From an uncultured delta proteobacterium (GTDB lineage Bacteria > Myxococcota > Myxococcia > SLRQ01): a stretch of DNA of 64,000 nucleotides. A model generated the notes under the pieces. The model made no database searches. It saw nothing but the letters and a program-made list of their open reading frames with translations, and was not told the origin of the DNA. The stretch covers positions 1,248,001-1,312,000 of the forward strand of contig CAVSGM010000002.1 in the NCBI GenBank assembly GCA_963727485.1, written 5' to 3'. This document shows, one piece after another, positions 29,527 to 38,467 of this stretch; positions within the stretch are counted from its first letter, which is position 1; each line of letters starts with the position of its first letter. The position numbers and the translations under genes are program-made.

Positions 29527-30004
29527 CCCCGTCCTCCGCCGGCACCTCGCCCGGCGGCCACCCGAGCTCCGCCGGGCCCCGGAACAGGCCATAGGGCGCC
29601 CCCGCGCGCCGGTGGTGCACCAGGTGGGCGGCGCGGATCCGCGCCAGGGACGGCACGTGGGCGAGGGAGCCCACCTTGAGCCGCCCGTGGACCAGCCCGT
29701 CGTGGACCACCACGTAGGCCAGCCCGAAGGCGGTCATCCCCAGGCCCACGGCGAAGGCCACCTCCCGGAGCACCCCCACCGGCCCCAGGCACCCGTAGAG
29801 GATGAGGGCGATGGCCGGGGGCGCGTGGAGCACCGAGAACACGTCGTTGGCCTCGAAGCGGCCGAGGCGGCGCCGGTGGTGGCTCCGGTGGATGCGCCAC
29901 AGGGCCCCATGCCACACCTTGCGGTGGAGGAAGGCGGCCCAGGGCTCCATGAGCACCGCCACCGCCGCGCCGACACCGATCCAGATCGCGAGCTTCAGCC
30001 ACAT
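29417..30004 (-). CDS. crtZ: Beta-carotene hydroxylase (non-heme di-iron)
   Basis: MEPW..FLHRKVWHG, IHRSHH, FEAND, VVHDGLVHGR, AHLVHH His boxes. Confidence 0.85.
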   Translation of the reverse strand: MWLKLAIWIGVGAAVAVLMEPWAAFLHRKVWHGALWRIHRSHHRRRLGRFEANDVFSVLHAPPAIALILYGCLGPVGVLREVAFAVGLGMTAFGLAYVVVHDGLVHGRLKVGSLAHVPSLARIRAAHLVHHRRAGAPYGLFRGPAELGWPPGEVPAEDGVSHGSPPGRAPRPTARPSPPPGAGTPAGRPPGASPR

Positions 30005-30030
30005 CTCCACACCTCGCTTGGAGGCAGAGC

Positions 30031-30780
30031 ATGATCCCGGCGAACAAGGGCCGCCTCTTCGACGCCGTCTTCGCCGGCCACGCCGAGCGGCGCCTGCGCC
30101 GGACCTTCGCCCGGGCGCGGATCCAGGGCCTCGGGGTCGCGGCGGCGGCCCGGGACCGCGCGCCGCTGCTGTTGGTCTCCAACCATGTCTCCTGGTGGGA
30201 CCCGCTGGTGGCCCTGTGGCTCTCCCGCCGGGTGCTCCACCTCGACGGCCACGCCCTGATGGACGCGGCGAACCTCCGGCGGCTCCCCTTCTTCCGCCGG
30301 GTGGGCGCCTTCGGGGTCGACCTCACCGATCCCCGGGACGGGGCCCGGGCCCTGCGCTACGGGGCGCGGCTCCTCGACCGGCCCGGGCGCATGGTCTGGG
30401 TGTTCCCGGAGGGACGCGAGCGGCCCGGCGGGGGACGCCCCCTGCCGTTCTTGCCCGGGGCGGCGGCCATGGCGCGCCTGGCCCCGGACGCGGTGGTGCT
30501 CCCGGTGGGCCTCGCCTACGTCTTCGCCGGCACCGAGCGGCCGGACCTCTACGTCTCCGTCGGCGCCGCCCTCCCGGCGGTGATCGATCCGGCCGAAGGG
30601 GCCCGGGCCCAGGCCGAGGCGGTGGCCGCCGAGCTCGACCGGATCGCCGGCGCCGTCGCCGGCCGGGACGCGGGCTTCGAGACCCGGCTGGCCCACGGCC
30701 GGCGCCTGGCCTCGGCGGCCGAGGGCACCCTGGCGAGGCTCACGGCGCCCCATGGAGCCCACCTGCGCGATCGAGGGTGA
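30031..30780 (+). CDS. PlsC-like acyltransferase (probable carotenoid-glycoside acyltransferase)
   Basis: SNHVSWWD (HxxxxD), VGAFGVD, WVFPEG; inside the crt cluster. Confidence 0.8.
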   Translation: MIPANKGRLFDAVFAGHAERRLRRTFARARIQGLGVAAAARDRAPLLLVSNHVSWWDPLVALWLSRRVLHLDGHALMDAANLRRLPFFRRVGAFGVDLTDPRDGARALRYGARLLDRPGRMVWVFPEGRERPGGGRPLPFLPGAAAMARLAPDAVVLPVGLAYVFAGTERPDLYVSVGAALPAVIDPAEGARAQAEAVAAELDRIAGAVAGRDAGFETRLAHGRRLASAAEGTLARLTAPHGAHLRDRG

Positions 30781-31963
30781 GGACCCGGCCCCGCCACACC
30801 ACCCGGCGCCGGCCGAGGACCCGGACGAAGGCGAGGCCGAGGAGGGTGTCGGCGAGGACCGCGTCGACGGCGGTGGCGAGCAGGCCCCGGGGGCGGCCGG
30901 CGAGGCGCCCCCCGAGGCGGGCGACGCCGAGGCGGGCGGCGGCGGCCACGAGGGCGGCGAGGCCGGCGACGGCGGCGGCCAGGGGCGCCCCGCCGGCGAG
31001 CCCCGCCGGGACGACGATTGCCGCGGCGAGGGCGATGAGGGCCGGGGCGAGGAAGAGCCCGGGGTAGCCGGCGAGGCGCCCGGGGCGCTGGGCCCGGATG
31101 ACGAAGAGCCACCGGGCGAGGCGCGCGACGCTCTCCTTGAGGCTGCGGCCCCCGGCCATGGACCGCGCCACCTCGGGGACCATCGCCACCCGGTAGCCCG
31201 CCGCCCGCAGGGATCGGGCCAGGGCCATGTCCTCGCCGAGGACGGTGGCCAGACGCCCGAAGCCCCCGGCGGCCCCAAGCGCCGCCGGCCGGACCGCGAA
31301 GACCTTGCCCACCATCCCCCCGGGGTCGAGGCCGGCCAGCAGGGGGAAGGCGTGGAGGGAGGCGCCGAGGAGGGCCTGGGAGGCCCGGTCGCCGAGGGTC
31401 CTTGCGGGCGCCGCCTCCACCGGCGGGGCCCAGGTGGCGCCCACCCGGGGATTGGCGAAGGGCGCGAGGAGGGCGGCGAGGTCGAAGCCGGTGAGGTCCA
31501 CGTCGCTGTCGACACAGGCGAGCGGGGCGTCGCCGGCGCCGGCGGCGTCGAGGACGGTGGCCAGCTGGGCGGCCTTGCGGTTGGGGCCCGGGGCGAAGGT
31601 GACCACCACCCGGGCGGCGTGGCCCCGCGCCCGGAGGGTGGCGCAGGCGCGCTCGGCCGCCGCGCGCCCCGGGTCCCCGGGATCGGCGACGAGGACGGTG
31701 AGGCGGAAGGCGCCCCGGGCGGCGGCGGTGGCGACGAGGCGGGCCTCGAGGCCGTCCTCGTCGCCGGCGCAGGGGCGGAGGAGCTCGACGGGGGCGGTCG
31801 GCGCGGCGGACGCGACCGCTTCGGCGGGATCGGCGCCGCGGTGGCCGGTGCCGGACACGGGCGCGCCGCCGAAGCGCCGGCGGGCCCGGGCCGCGGCGAT
31901 CCCCGCCGCCCCGGCGACGCCGAGGGCCCAGAGGAGGAGCAGCGCCGAGGCCCAGGCGAGCAT
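30740..31963 (-). CDS. GT-A glycosyltransferase (GT2/GT21-like; probable carotenoid 1'-OH glycosyltransferase)
   Basis: LLRPCAG, NRKAAQL, VDSDV, LGEDMAL, RLARW; TM helices; coupled to the crtC stop. Confidence 0.75.
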   Translation of the reverse strand: MLAWASALLLLWALGVAGAAGIAAARARRRFGGAPVSGTGHRGADPAEAVASAAPTAPVELLRPCAGDEDGLEARLVATAAARGAFRLTVLVADPGDPGRAAAERACATLRARGHAARVVVTFAPGPNRKAAQLATVLDAAGAGDAPLACVDSDVDLTGFDLAALLAPFANPRVGATWAPPVEAAPARTLGDRASQALLGASLHAFPLLAGLDPGGMVGKVFAVRPAALGAAGGFGRLATVLGEDMALARSLRAAGYRVAMVPEVARSMAGGRSLKESVARLARWLFVIRAQRPGRLAGYPGLFLAPALIALAAAIVVPAGLAGGAPLAAAVAGLAALVAAAARLGVARLGGRLAGRPRGLLATAVDAVLADTLLGLAFVRVLGRRRVVWRGRVLTLDRAGGLHGAP

Positions 31964-33171
31964 CACGCCGCCTCCCGTCGCATCCGGAACCCCAGGAGGA
32001 AGCGCACCCACCGGGCCCGGAACCTCGCCAGGTCCACGGTCTCGGCCACCACCGGCCCCCGGTCCCCGGCGCCGTCCACCGCCAGGAGGCTCCGGGCGTA
32101 GAAGGGCGTGTCCTCGAGGGTGCGCACCAGCCGGGCCGGCCGGTCGGCGTCGACGCGCTGGGAGCGGTCGAGGCCCCAGGCGCTCGGGGGCAGGCGCGAG
32201 ACCGGCGCGGCCCGCGGGGTGGCGATGCCCCGGCGGGGGTCGAAGGTGGCGGCGAAGAGCCTTGGGGCGCCCTCCCGGGGCAGGGTGTCGTAGACCACCG
32301 CGGTCCGCCCCGAGGCCAGGCGCCGGCGCTGCCACCGCCAGCCGTCGAGGTCCGCCTCCAGGGCCCGGGTGCCCAGGTTCAGGTCGTGGTAGGCGCTCCC
32401 GGTGAAGCGCAGGGCGGGCGCCGAGAGGTCGACCTCGGCCCGGGCCACCGGCGCCACCGGGTGCCAGAGGTGCCGGGCCGCCGGGTCGAGGGCCACCGCC
32501 CCGGCGAAGCGGGCCTCGGGGTGGAGGCGCACCGTCCCCGCGAGGCGCCCGCCGAAGGGCGCCCGGGTCTCGTCGAAGGCGAGGACCAGGGTGTCGCCCT
32601 CCCAGACGAGGCGGGTGGGCCCCACGGCGAGGTGGTCCGGGCCCCGGGACACCGCCTGCCGGGGCCGCTCGTTGAAGGCCCAGGCGTGGCGCCGGTCGTA
32701 GAGGCAGAGGTTCACCGCCGCGTGGTCCAGGGGATCGGCGGCGCCGAGGGCCCGGGCCTTCGCGTAGCGCGGGGAGAACACGCTGCCCAGGAACACGATG
32801 GCGGTCAGACCGAGGGCGCCGTCGTCGGTGACGACGTCGAGGTACCACCAGGCGTAGGCACCGTCACCGAGGGGGAGATCGAAGGCAGGTCCGCGATCAC
32901 CGCCTCCGAGGCCCGCCGCCCCGAGAGGGCCACCATCGGCACCCCCGGCCCCGGGTGGGCGCTCCCCCCGACGAGGTAGAGGCCCGGCAGCCGGCTGCGC
33001 GCCGGCGCCCGGTGGAACACCGAGGTCGCCCCGTGGGTCAGGGGCCCGTAGAGGGCGCCCCCGCTCCCCGGGAACCGCGCCTCGAAGGCCACCGGATCCT
33101 GGCGCCAGAGGTCCCGGATCGTCAGCTGCAGGCCCCGGCGGGCCATCGACTCGAAGACGTGTCGCTCGCAT
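31963..33171 (-). CDS. crtC: Carotenoid 1,2-hydratase; 5' end overlaps crtD by 367 nt
   Basis: YAWWYLD, FLGSVFSPRY, HLWHPVAP, AYHDLNLG, LEDTPFYARS. The nearest canonical start upstream of WWY is ATG 33171, with GGAGG 7 nt before it. Confidence 0.85.
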   Translation of the reverse strand: MRATRLRVDGPPGPAADDPGPLAPGSGGLRGAVPGERGRPLRAPDPRGDLGVPPGAGAQPAAGPLPRRGERPPGAGGADGGPLGAAGLGGGDRGPAFDLPLGDGAYAWWYLDVVTDDGALGLTAIVFLGSVFSPRYAKARALGAADPLDHAAVNLCLYDRRHAWAFNERPRQAVSRGPDHLAVGPTRLVWEGDTLVLAFDETRAPFGGRLAGTVRLHPEARFAGAVALDPAARHLWHPVAPVARAEVDLSAPALRFTGSAYHDLNLGTRALEADLDGWRWQRRRLASGRTAVVYDTLPREGAPRLFAATFDPRRGIATPRAAPVSRLPPSAWGLDRSQRVDADRPARLVRTLEDTPFYARSLLAVDGAGDRGPVVAETVDLARFRARWVRFLLGFRMRREAA

Positions 33172-34379
33172 GCGTCGACCTCCCCGGGCGTCGGGCGCCC
33201 GGTGTCCCCGAGGGCCGGGGCGTTGACCAGGAGGAGGAGCCGCTCGGGGCCCCCCGCCTCCTCGGTGTCGCCCCGATCCTGGGCACAGACATAGACGGTG
33301 GGATTGGCCGGGAGCCGGCCGTCCTGGAAGATTGCCCGGAACTCCTCGGCGGGCTTCCCGGAGAAGAGGACGGTGTGGCGCAAGAGCGGCAGGCCCCGGG
33401 CCTCCGCCACCACCCCCCAGGTGACCGCCGACAGGGACCGGGCCTGGCGCCCCAGGCCCGCCGCCCGGCCGAGGCCGTCGCCGAGGTCGCCGCGGACCAG
33501 CGCCCCGGCGTCGACGCCCACCACCACCACCTCGGCCTCGAGGACCTCCCCGGACGCGGTGCGCACCCCTCTGGCCCGGCCCCCCCGGCGGAGGACCTCG
33601 GCGACCGGGGTGCCGCAGCGGATTTGGGCGCCGAGGGAGGTGGCGAGGCCGGCGAGGGCCTCGGCGAGGCGGTGCATCCCGCCGTCGACGTACCACACCC
33701 CCGCGCGCTCCACGTGGGCCACCAGGTTGAGGGTCGCCGGGACCCCGGTGGGGGCGGCGCCGGTGTAGGTGGCGTAGCGGCCGAAGAGCTCGAGGAGGCG
33801 CGCGTCGCGGAAGAAGCGGCGCAGGGCCCGGTCCATGGTGCGCAGGCCGTCGATGGCGCGCAGGCGCGCCGGGGCGGCGAGGCCGGTCTCCCGGAGGACG
33901 GTGGCGAAGGTGGGGCGCTGGGCGTCGAGGAACGGCCCCTCGACCGCCTCGTAGATCTTCCGGGTGTACTCGGCGAAGGCCCGGTAGCCCTCACCCTCGG
34001 CGGGGCCGGCGAGGGCGGCGATGGCCTCGGCGTTGGCGTCGAGGTCGGGGGTGAGGTCGAGGCGGCTGCCGTCGGGCCACTCGTGGCGGGCGAGGACGGC
34101 GGCGCGCCGGAGGGTCACCCAGTCGTCGAGGTGGCTCCCGGCGTCCTCGAAGATCGCGTCGAAGACCCGGCGGAGGGTGAGGACGGTGGGCCCGACGTCG
34201 AGCCACTGGCCCCCCACGTTCCGGCTGCGCATCTTTCCCCCGACGGCGGGGTGCTGCTCGAGGACGGTCACCTCGAGACCGGCGCGGGCGAGGAGGACGG
34301 CGGCGCAGAGGCCACCGACGCCGGCGCCGACGACCACGGCGCGGGGGGCGCTCCGGGGAGGGGTGGGGTTCTCTCTCAT
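32805..34379 (-). CDS. crtD: 1-hydroxycarotenoid 3,4-desaturase
   Basis: VVGAGVGGL, GGKMR, DVGPTVLT, FGRYATYTG, PTVYVCAQDR, FPGSGGALYG, GGSAHPGPGVPM. Confidence 0.92.
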   Translation of the reverse strand: MRENPTPPRSAPRAVVVGAGVGGLCAAVLLARAGLEVTVLEQHPAVGGKMRSRNVGGQWLDVGPTVLTLRRVFDAIFEDAGSHLDDWVTLRRAAVLARHEWPDGSRLDLTPDLDANAEAIAALAGPAEGEGYRAFAEYTRKIYEAVEGPFLDAQRPTFATVLRETGLAAPARLRAIDGLRTMDRALRRFFRDARLLELFGRYATYTGAAPTGVPATLNLVAHVERAGVWYVDGGMHRLAEALAGLATSLGAQIRCGTPVAEVLRRGGRARGVRTASGEVLEAEVVVVGVDAGALVRGDLGDGLGRAAGLGRQARSLSAVTWGVVAEARGLPLLRHTVLFSGKPAEEFRAIFQDGRLPANPTVYVCAQDRGDTEEAGGPERLLLLVNAPALGDTGRPTPGEVDACERHVFESMARRGLQLTIRDLWRQDPVAFEARFPGSGGALYGPLTHGATSVFHRAPARSRLPGLYLVGGSAHPGPGVPMVALSGRRASEAVIADLPSISPSVTVPTPGGTSTSSPTTAPSV

Positions 34380-34381
34380 TG

Positions 34382-34436
34382 TTTGTCCAGACAAATATGT
34401 AGCCTTGACAATCATTATGCAAGCCCCCATTGTCCA
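34382..34436. promoter_or_regulatory. Divergent crtD/crtE promoter region with possible CarH boxes
   Basis: Plus strand TTGACA-N17-CATTGT (34405-34433); minus strand TTGCAT-N17-CATATT; TTTGTC-CA-GACAAA palindrome; TTGACA and TATGCA 11 bp apart. Confidence 0.55.
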
Positions 34437-34452
34437 CGAGGTGGAGGTAGCC

Positions 34453-35334
34453 ATGAATCGCCAGCACCGCATCGCCGCCGCAGTGGCCCGGGCCCTCGAG
34501 GGGCTCGAGGGCCCCACCTGCCCGCCGACCCTCGCCACCGCCATGCGCTGGGCGGTCCTCCCTGGGGGGAGCCGCCTGCGCCCGGGGCTGTGCCTGGCGG
34601 TGGCCGAGGCCTGCGGCGACGACGACCCCGGGCTCGCCGACGCCGCCGCCGCGGCGGTGGAGCTGCTCCACTGCGCCTCCCTGGTCCACGACGACCTCCC
34701 GGTCTTCGACGACGCCGAGCTGCGCCGGGGCCGGGCCACGGTGCACCGCCGCTTCGGCGAGCCGGTGGCCCTCCTCGCCGGGGACGGGCTCATCGTCCGG
34801 GCCTTCGAGGTCCTCGGCGCCGCGGGCACCCGGTACCCCGAGCGCCTCCCGGCGGTCCTCGCCGAGGTCGCCCGGGGCGTCGGCGCCCCCCACGGGATTG
34901 TCGCCGGCCAGGCCTGGGAGAGCGAGCCCCGGGTCGACCTCTCCGCCTACCACCGGGCCAAGACCGGGGCCCTCTTCGAGGCCGCCGCCGCCGCCGGCGC
35001 CGCCGCCGCCGGCCACGACCCCCACCCCTGGCGCACCCTCGGGAGCCACCTCGGCGAGGCCTACCAGGTCGCCGACGATCTCTTCGACGCCGGCCTCTCG
35101 GGCACCGTCCCCGGCGCCAAGGCCCCGGGGCGCGACGCCGCCCTCGGTCGGCCCAACGCCACCGCCACCCTCGGCGTCGACGGGGCCCGGGCCCGCCTCG
35201 GCCGGCTCACCCGCCTCGCCCGGGAGGCCATCCCCGAGGTCCCGGGCCGCGACGCGGTGGACGCCTGGCTGGTCCAGCTCGCCGGCCGCCTCGCCCCCGA
35301 CCCCGGGGGGGCCTCGGCACCGGCGCGGGCCTAG
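34453..35334 (+). CDS. crtE: Geranylgeranyl diphosphate synthase
   Basis: GGSRLRP, CASLVHDDLPVFD..LRRG, GQAWESE, KTGALF, YQVADD; GGAGG RBS. Confidence 0.92.
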   Translation: MNRQHRIAAAVARALEGLEGPTCPPTLATAMRWAVLPGGSRLRPGLCLAVAEACGDDDPGLADAAAAAVELLHCASLVHDDLPVFDDAELRRGRATVHRRFGEPVALLAGDGLIVRAFEVLGAAGTRYPERLPAVLAEVARGVGAPHGIVAGQAWESEPRVDLSAYHRAKTGALFEAAAAAGAAAAGHDPHPWRTLGSHLGEAYQVADDLFDAGLSGTVPGAKAPGRDAALGRPNATATLGVDGARARLGRLTRLAREAIPEVPGRDAVDAWLVQLAGRLAPDPGGASAPARA

Positions 35335-35439
35335 ACTCCCCTGGGGAGCAGGGGCCAGGCCCCGGGTGGGTTCACCGACTGGCCGACCGCCCGCTGCCCA
35401 TTGCACAATGGAGGTCGCAGGGAGTCGCCGGGGGGTCCG

Positions 35440-37419
35440 ATGCCGACCATTGAGGGTGCGCCCGACGCGCACGAGATCCTGGAGCAGATCCGAGAGGGCG
35501 TGGTCACCCTCGATGGCGGGTGGCGCTACGTCTACGCGAACCGCCGCGCCGCCGAGCTCCTGGACGCCGAGCCCGGCACCCTCCTCGGCCAGGTGATCTG
35601 GGAGCTGTTCCCGGAGGTGGCCGCCGAGCCCTTCGGCCCGGCGATCCGCCGGAGCCGGGCCCAGGGCCGGTCCACCCACGCCGAGGGCTACTTCCACCCC
35701 CTGGGGCGGTGGTTCGACATCGAGGCCCACCCCAGCAACGGCGGGGTGACCGTCGTCTTCCGGGACGCCGACGCCCGGCACCGCACCGAGGCCGACCTCG
35801 AGGCCCGGGCCCGGCAGCAGGCGGCGGTGGCCACCGTCTCCCGGGCGATCCTCGCCGGGCTGCCCCTCCCGGAGATCTACGAGCTGGCCTGCGACGCGGT
35901 CGCCGAGTCCCTGGGGGTGCCCCTGGCGAAGGTCCTGGTCCTCGAGGGCGACGCCCTGCGCCTGGTGGCCGGCCGCGGCTGGGACGACGCCGAGCTCGGC
36001 CGGGCCACCGTCCCCACCAGCCGCGAGAGCCAGGGCGGCTTCACCCTGGTCCACGGCGAGCCGGTGGCCGTCACCGACTTCGCCTTCGAGACCCGCTTCT
36101 CCCGCCCGCAGCTCCTCTCGCGCCACGGGGTGCGCAGCGGGGTGAGCGTGGTGATCCGGGCCGACGGGGCCCCCTTCGGGGTCCTCGGGGCCCACGACCG
36201 TGCGCCCCGGCAGTTCAGCGACGACGACACCCGCTTCCTCGCCAGCGTCGGCAACGTCCTGGGCCTGGCGGTGGAGCGCCACCGCGACCGCGCCCGCCTC
36301 GCCGAGAGCGAGACCCTCTTCCGCCAGCTCGCCGAGCACATCGACGCGGTGCTCTTCATGACCAGCGTCGGCACCGACCAGGTGATCTACGCCAACCCCG
36401 CCTACGACCGGATCTTCGGCCGGCCCCGCAGCGAGCTGGCCTCCACCCCCGGGGCCTGGCTGGAGGCGGTGCACCCCGACGACCGACAAGAGGTCGAGGC
36501 GGCGCTGGCCGCCGACCGGCTCCACTTCGACCGGACCTTCCGCATCGTGCGCCCCGACGGCGAGGTGCGGTGGATCCACGACCGGGTGTTCCCGGTCCCC
36601 GACGGTGAGCGCTCGGTGGGCCGGGTGGTGGGGGTGGCCGAGGACGTCACCGAGCAGCGTGCCGCCGCCCGGGCCGCCCGCCACCTCACCCAGGAGCGCC
36701 TCGCCCGGGCCAGCGCCGAGGCGGCGGTGAAGGCCCGGGACGAGGTCCTCGCCTACGTCTCCCACGAGCTGCGCAGCCCCCTGGGGAGCATCGGGCTGAC
36801 CATCGACCTCCTCCGGCGCCGGGGGGCGACGGAGCTCGACACCTCCCTCGAGATCCTCGAGCGGTCGGTGGGCCAGATGGAGCGCCTCATCCGCGACCTC
36901 CTCGACGTGGCCCGCCTCGAGGCCGGGCGCCTGGCGGTGGAGACCTTGCCCGCGGACCTCGCCGGCCTCCTCGAGGAGGTCGCCGCCGACGCCGGCTCCC
37001 GCCTCGGGGACCGGGCGGTGCGGGTGGTGGTCGACCTCGACCCGCGGCTCCCCCGGGTCCTCGCCGATCCGGCCCGGCTGCGCCAGGTCCTCGACAACCT
37101 GGTCACCAACGCCCTGAAGTTCACCCGGGAGGGCCGCATCACCCTCAAGGCCACCCCCGACCGGGAGCAGGTGGTGGTCTCGGTGGCCGACACCGGGGTG
37201 GGCCTCTCCGCCGAGGACGTCCCCCGGCTCTTCGACCGGTTCTGGCAGGGCCGCCGGGGCGACCGCCGGGGCGCGGGGCTGGGGCTCGCCATCGTCAAGG
37301 GGCTCATCGAGGCCCAGGGCGGCGAGGTCTGGGCCGAGAGCCGCGAGGGGGTGGGCACCACGGTGAGCTTCTCGCTCCCGGTGGCCCCCGAGAGCCGCTC
37401 CGGCGCCGAGCGGCGGTAG
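35440..37419 (+). CDS. Cytoplasmic PAS-GAF-PAS sensor histidine kinase
   Basis: Two PAS domains (YVYAN, IYANPAY...VHPDD), a GAF domain, SHELRSPL H-box, NLVTNALKF, DTGVG, GAGLGL. Confidence 0.9.
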   Translation: MPTIEGAPDAHEILEQIREGVVTLDGGWRYVYANRRAAELLDAEPGTLLGQVIWELFPEVAAEPFGPAIRRSRAQGRSTHAEGYFHPLGRWFDIEAHPSNGGVTVVFRDADARHRTEADLEARARQQAAVATVSRAILAGLPLPEIYELACDAVAESLGVPLAKVLVLEGDALRLVAGRGWDDAELGRATVPTSRESQGGFTLVHGEPVAVTDFAFETRFSRPQLLSRHGVRSGVSVVIRADGAPFGVLGAHDRAPRQFSDDDTRFLASVGNVLGLAVERHRDRARLAESETLFRQLAEHIDAVLFMTSVGTDQVIYANPAYDRIFGRPRSELASTPGAWLEAVHPDDRQEVEAALAADRLHFDRTFRIVRPDGEVRWIHDRVFPVPDGERSVGRVVGVAEDVTEQRAAARAARHLTQERLARASAEAAVKARDEVLAYVSHELRSPLGSIGLTIDLLRRRGATELDTSLEILERSVGQMERLIRDLLDVARLEAGRLAVETLPADLAGLLEEVAADAGSRLGDRAVRVVVDLDPRLPRVLADPARLRQVLDNLVTNALKFTREGRITLKATPDREQVVVSVADTGVGLSAEDVPRLFDRFWQGRRGDRRGAGLGLAIVKGLIEAQGGEVWAESREGVGTTVSFSLPVAPESRSGAERR

Positions 37420-37435
37420 GCGCCGGGCCCCGGGC

Positions 37436-38359
37436 TCAGCGGCGGCGGCTGGCGGCGAGGTGGCGCTCGAGCTGGGGCTTGAGGGCCTCGAGATCCTCCC
37501 CCGGCGGCGGGGCCAGGAGGCCCCCGTGCTTCTCCACCCGCCGCCGCAGGGCCTCGGCCCCGGCGCCGCCGACGACCCAGGGCACCTCCCCCACCGCCTT
37601 GGCGTAGGCGTCCACCAGCTTGCGCGCCGCCTCCGGCGCCGGGGCCACGCTCACCGAGAGCCCCACCAGCGCCGGCTCGAGGACCTTGACCGCGTGGCCC
37701 AGGGCCTCGGGCGGGGTGCGGGCCCCGAGGACCAGGGTCCCGAAGCCCCACTGCACCAGGTGGAAGGCGACCCCGTAGAGGGGCAGGGCGTGGGTCTCGT
37801 CGGCGAAGCAGGCGAGCAGCGCCATCCGCTCGGCGTCCTCGGGCTGCACCAGGCGCAGGAGCTGGCGGCAGGTGCGCCCGAGGAGCTCGCTGGCCAGGTG
37901 CTCCTGGGCCACGCTCACCTCGCCCTCGTGCCACTTGTCGCCCACCTCGCGCATCGCCGGCCCCAGGGCCCGGGAGAACACGGCGCTCGCCGAGCCCAGG
38001 GTGGTGGCCCACTGGATCGCCTGCTCCAGCCCCGTGGGGTCGAAGCGGGTCACCGCGGCGACGATGCGCGCCCGGGCCTGGTCGAAGGCGTCCTCCCCGG
38101 GGGCCACCGGCACCGCCTCCAGGGCCGCCTCGGCCTTCTGGATCAGGGCCGCCGCCTCCGCGGGGGCGGTCCCCTGGTCGATGAGATCGCGCAGGCGCTT
38201 GATCACCTCGAGGTCGTGCTCGGAGTAGAGCCGGTAGGCGCTCTTGGTGCGGCTCGGCGCCGGGATCCCGTAGCGCCGCTCCCAGGCCCGCAGCGTGGGG
38301 GCGGGGATCCCGGTGAGCTCGGAGACGGCCTGGATGCGGTATCGCCCGGTGTCGTTCAT
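37436..38359 (-). CDS. carH: CarH/LitR-type MerR regulator with a cobalamin-binding domain (B12 photoreceptor)
   Basis: LRAWERRYG; W-x9-EH (WHEGEVSVAQEH); ExHxxP (ETHALP)...LSVS...VVGG; adjacent to the crt genes. Confidence 0.85.
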   Translation of the reverse strand: MNDTGRYRIQAVSELTGIPAPTLRAWERRYGIPAPSRTKSAYRLYSEHDLEVIKRLRDLIDQGTAPAEAAALIQKAEAALEAVPVAPGEDAFDQARARIVAAVTRFDPTGLEQAIQWATTLGSASAVFSRALGPAMREVGDKWHEGEVSVAQEHLASELLGRTCRQLLRLVQPEDAERMALLACFADETHALPLYGVAFHLVQWGFGTLVLGARTPPEALGHAVKVLEPALVGLSVSVAPAPEAARKLVDAYAKAVGEVPWVVGGAGAEALRRRVEKHGGLLAPPPGEDLEALKPQLERHLAASRRR

Positions 38360-38373
38360 GTGTGTTCCTTCTT

Positions 38374-38422
38374 TGAACAAAGATTCCACATGTCTTGTAG
38401 TCCCCGGCGGAGGCCGTGTCCA
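38374..38422 (-). promoter_or_regulatory. Putative carH promoter/operator
   Basis: TGAACA (38374) and TCCACA (38385) are TnnACA repeats exactly 11 bp apart; minus-strand TGGACA-N17-TACAAG. Confidence 0.45.
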
Positions 38423-38467
38423 TGGGGGAGCGTTGCCGACCCCCAGGGGGGGTGCTAGCGTCCGCCC

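Noticed and set aside
35440..37419. Kinase as a LOV or phytochrome photoreceptor
   Set aside because: No NCRFLQ LOV motif and no recognisable bilin-binding motif
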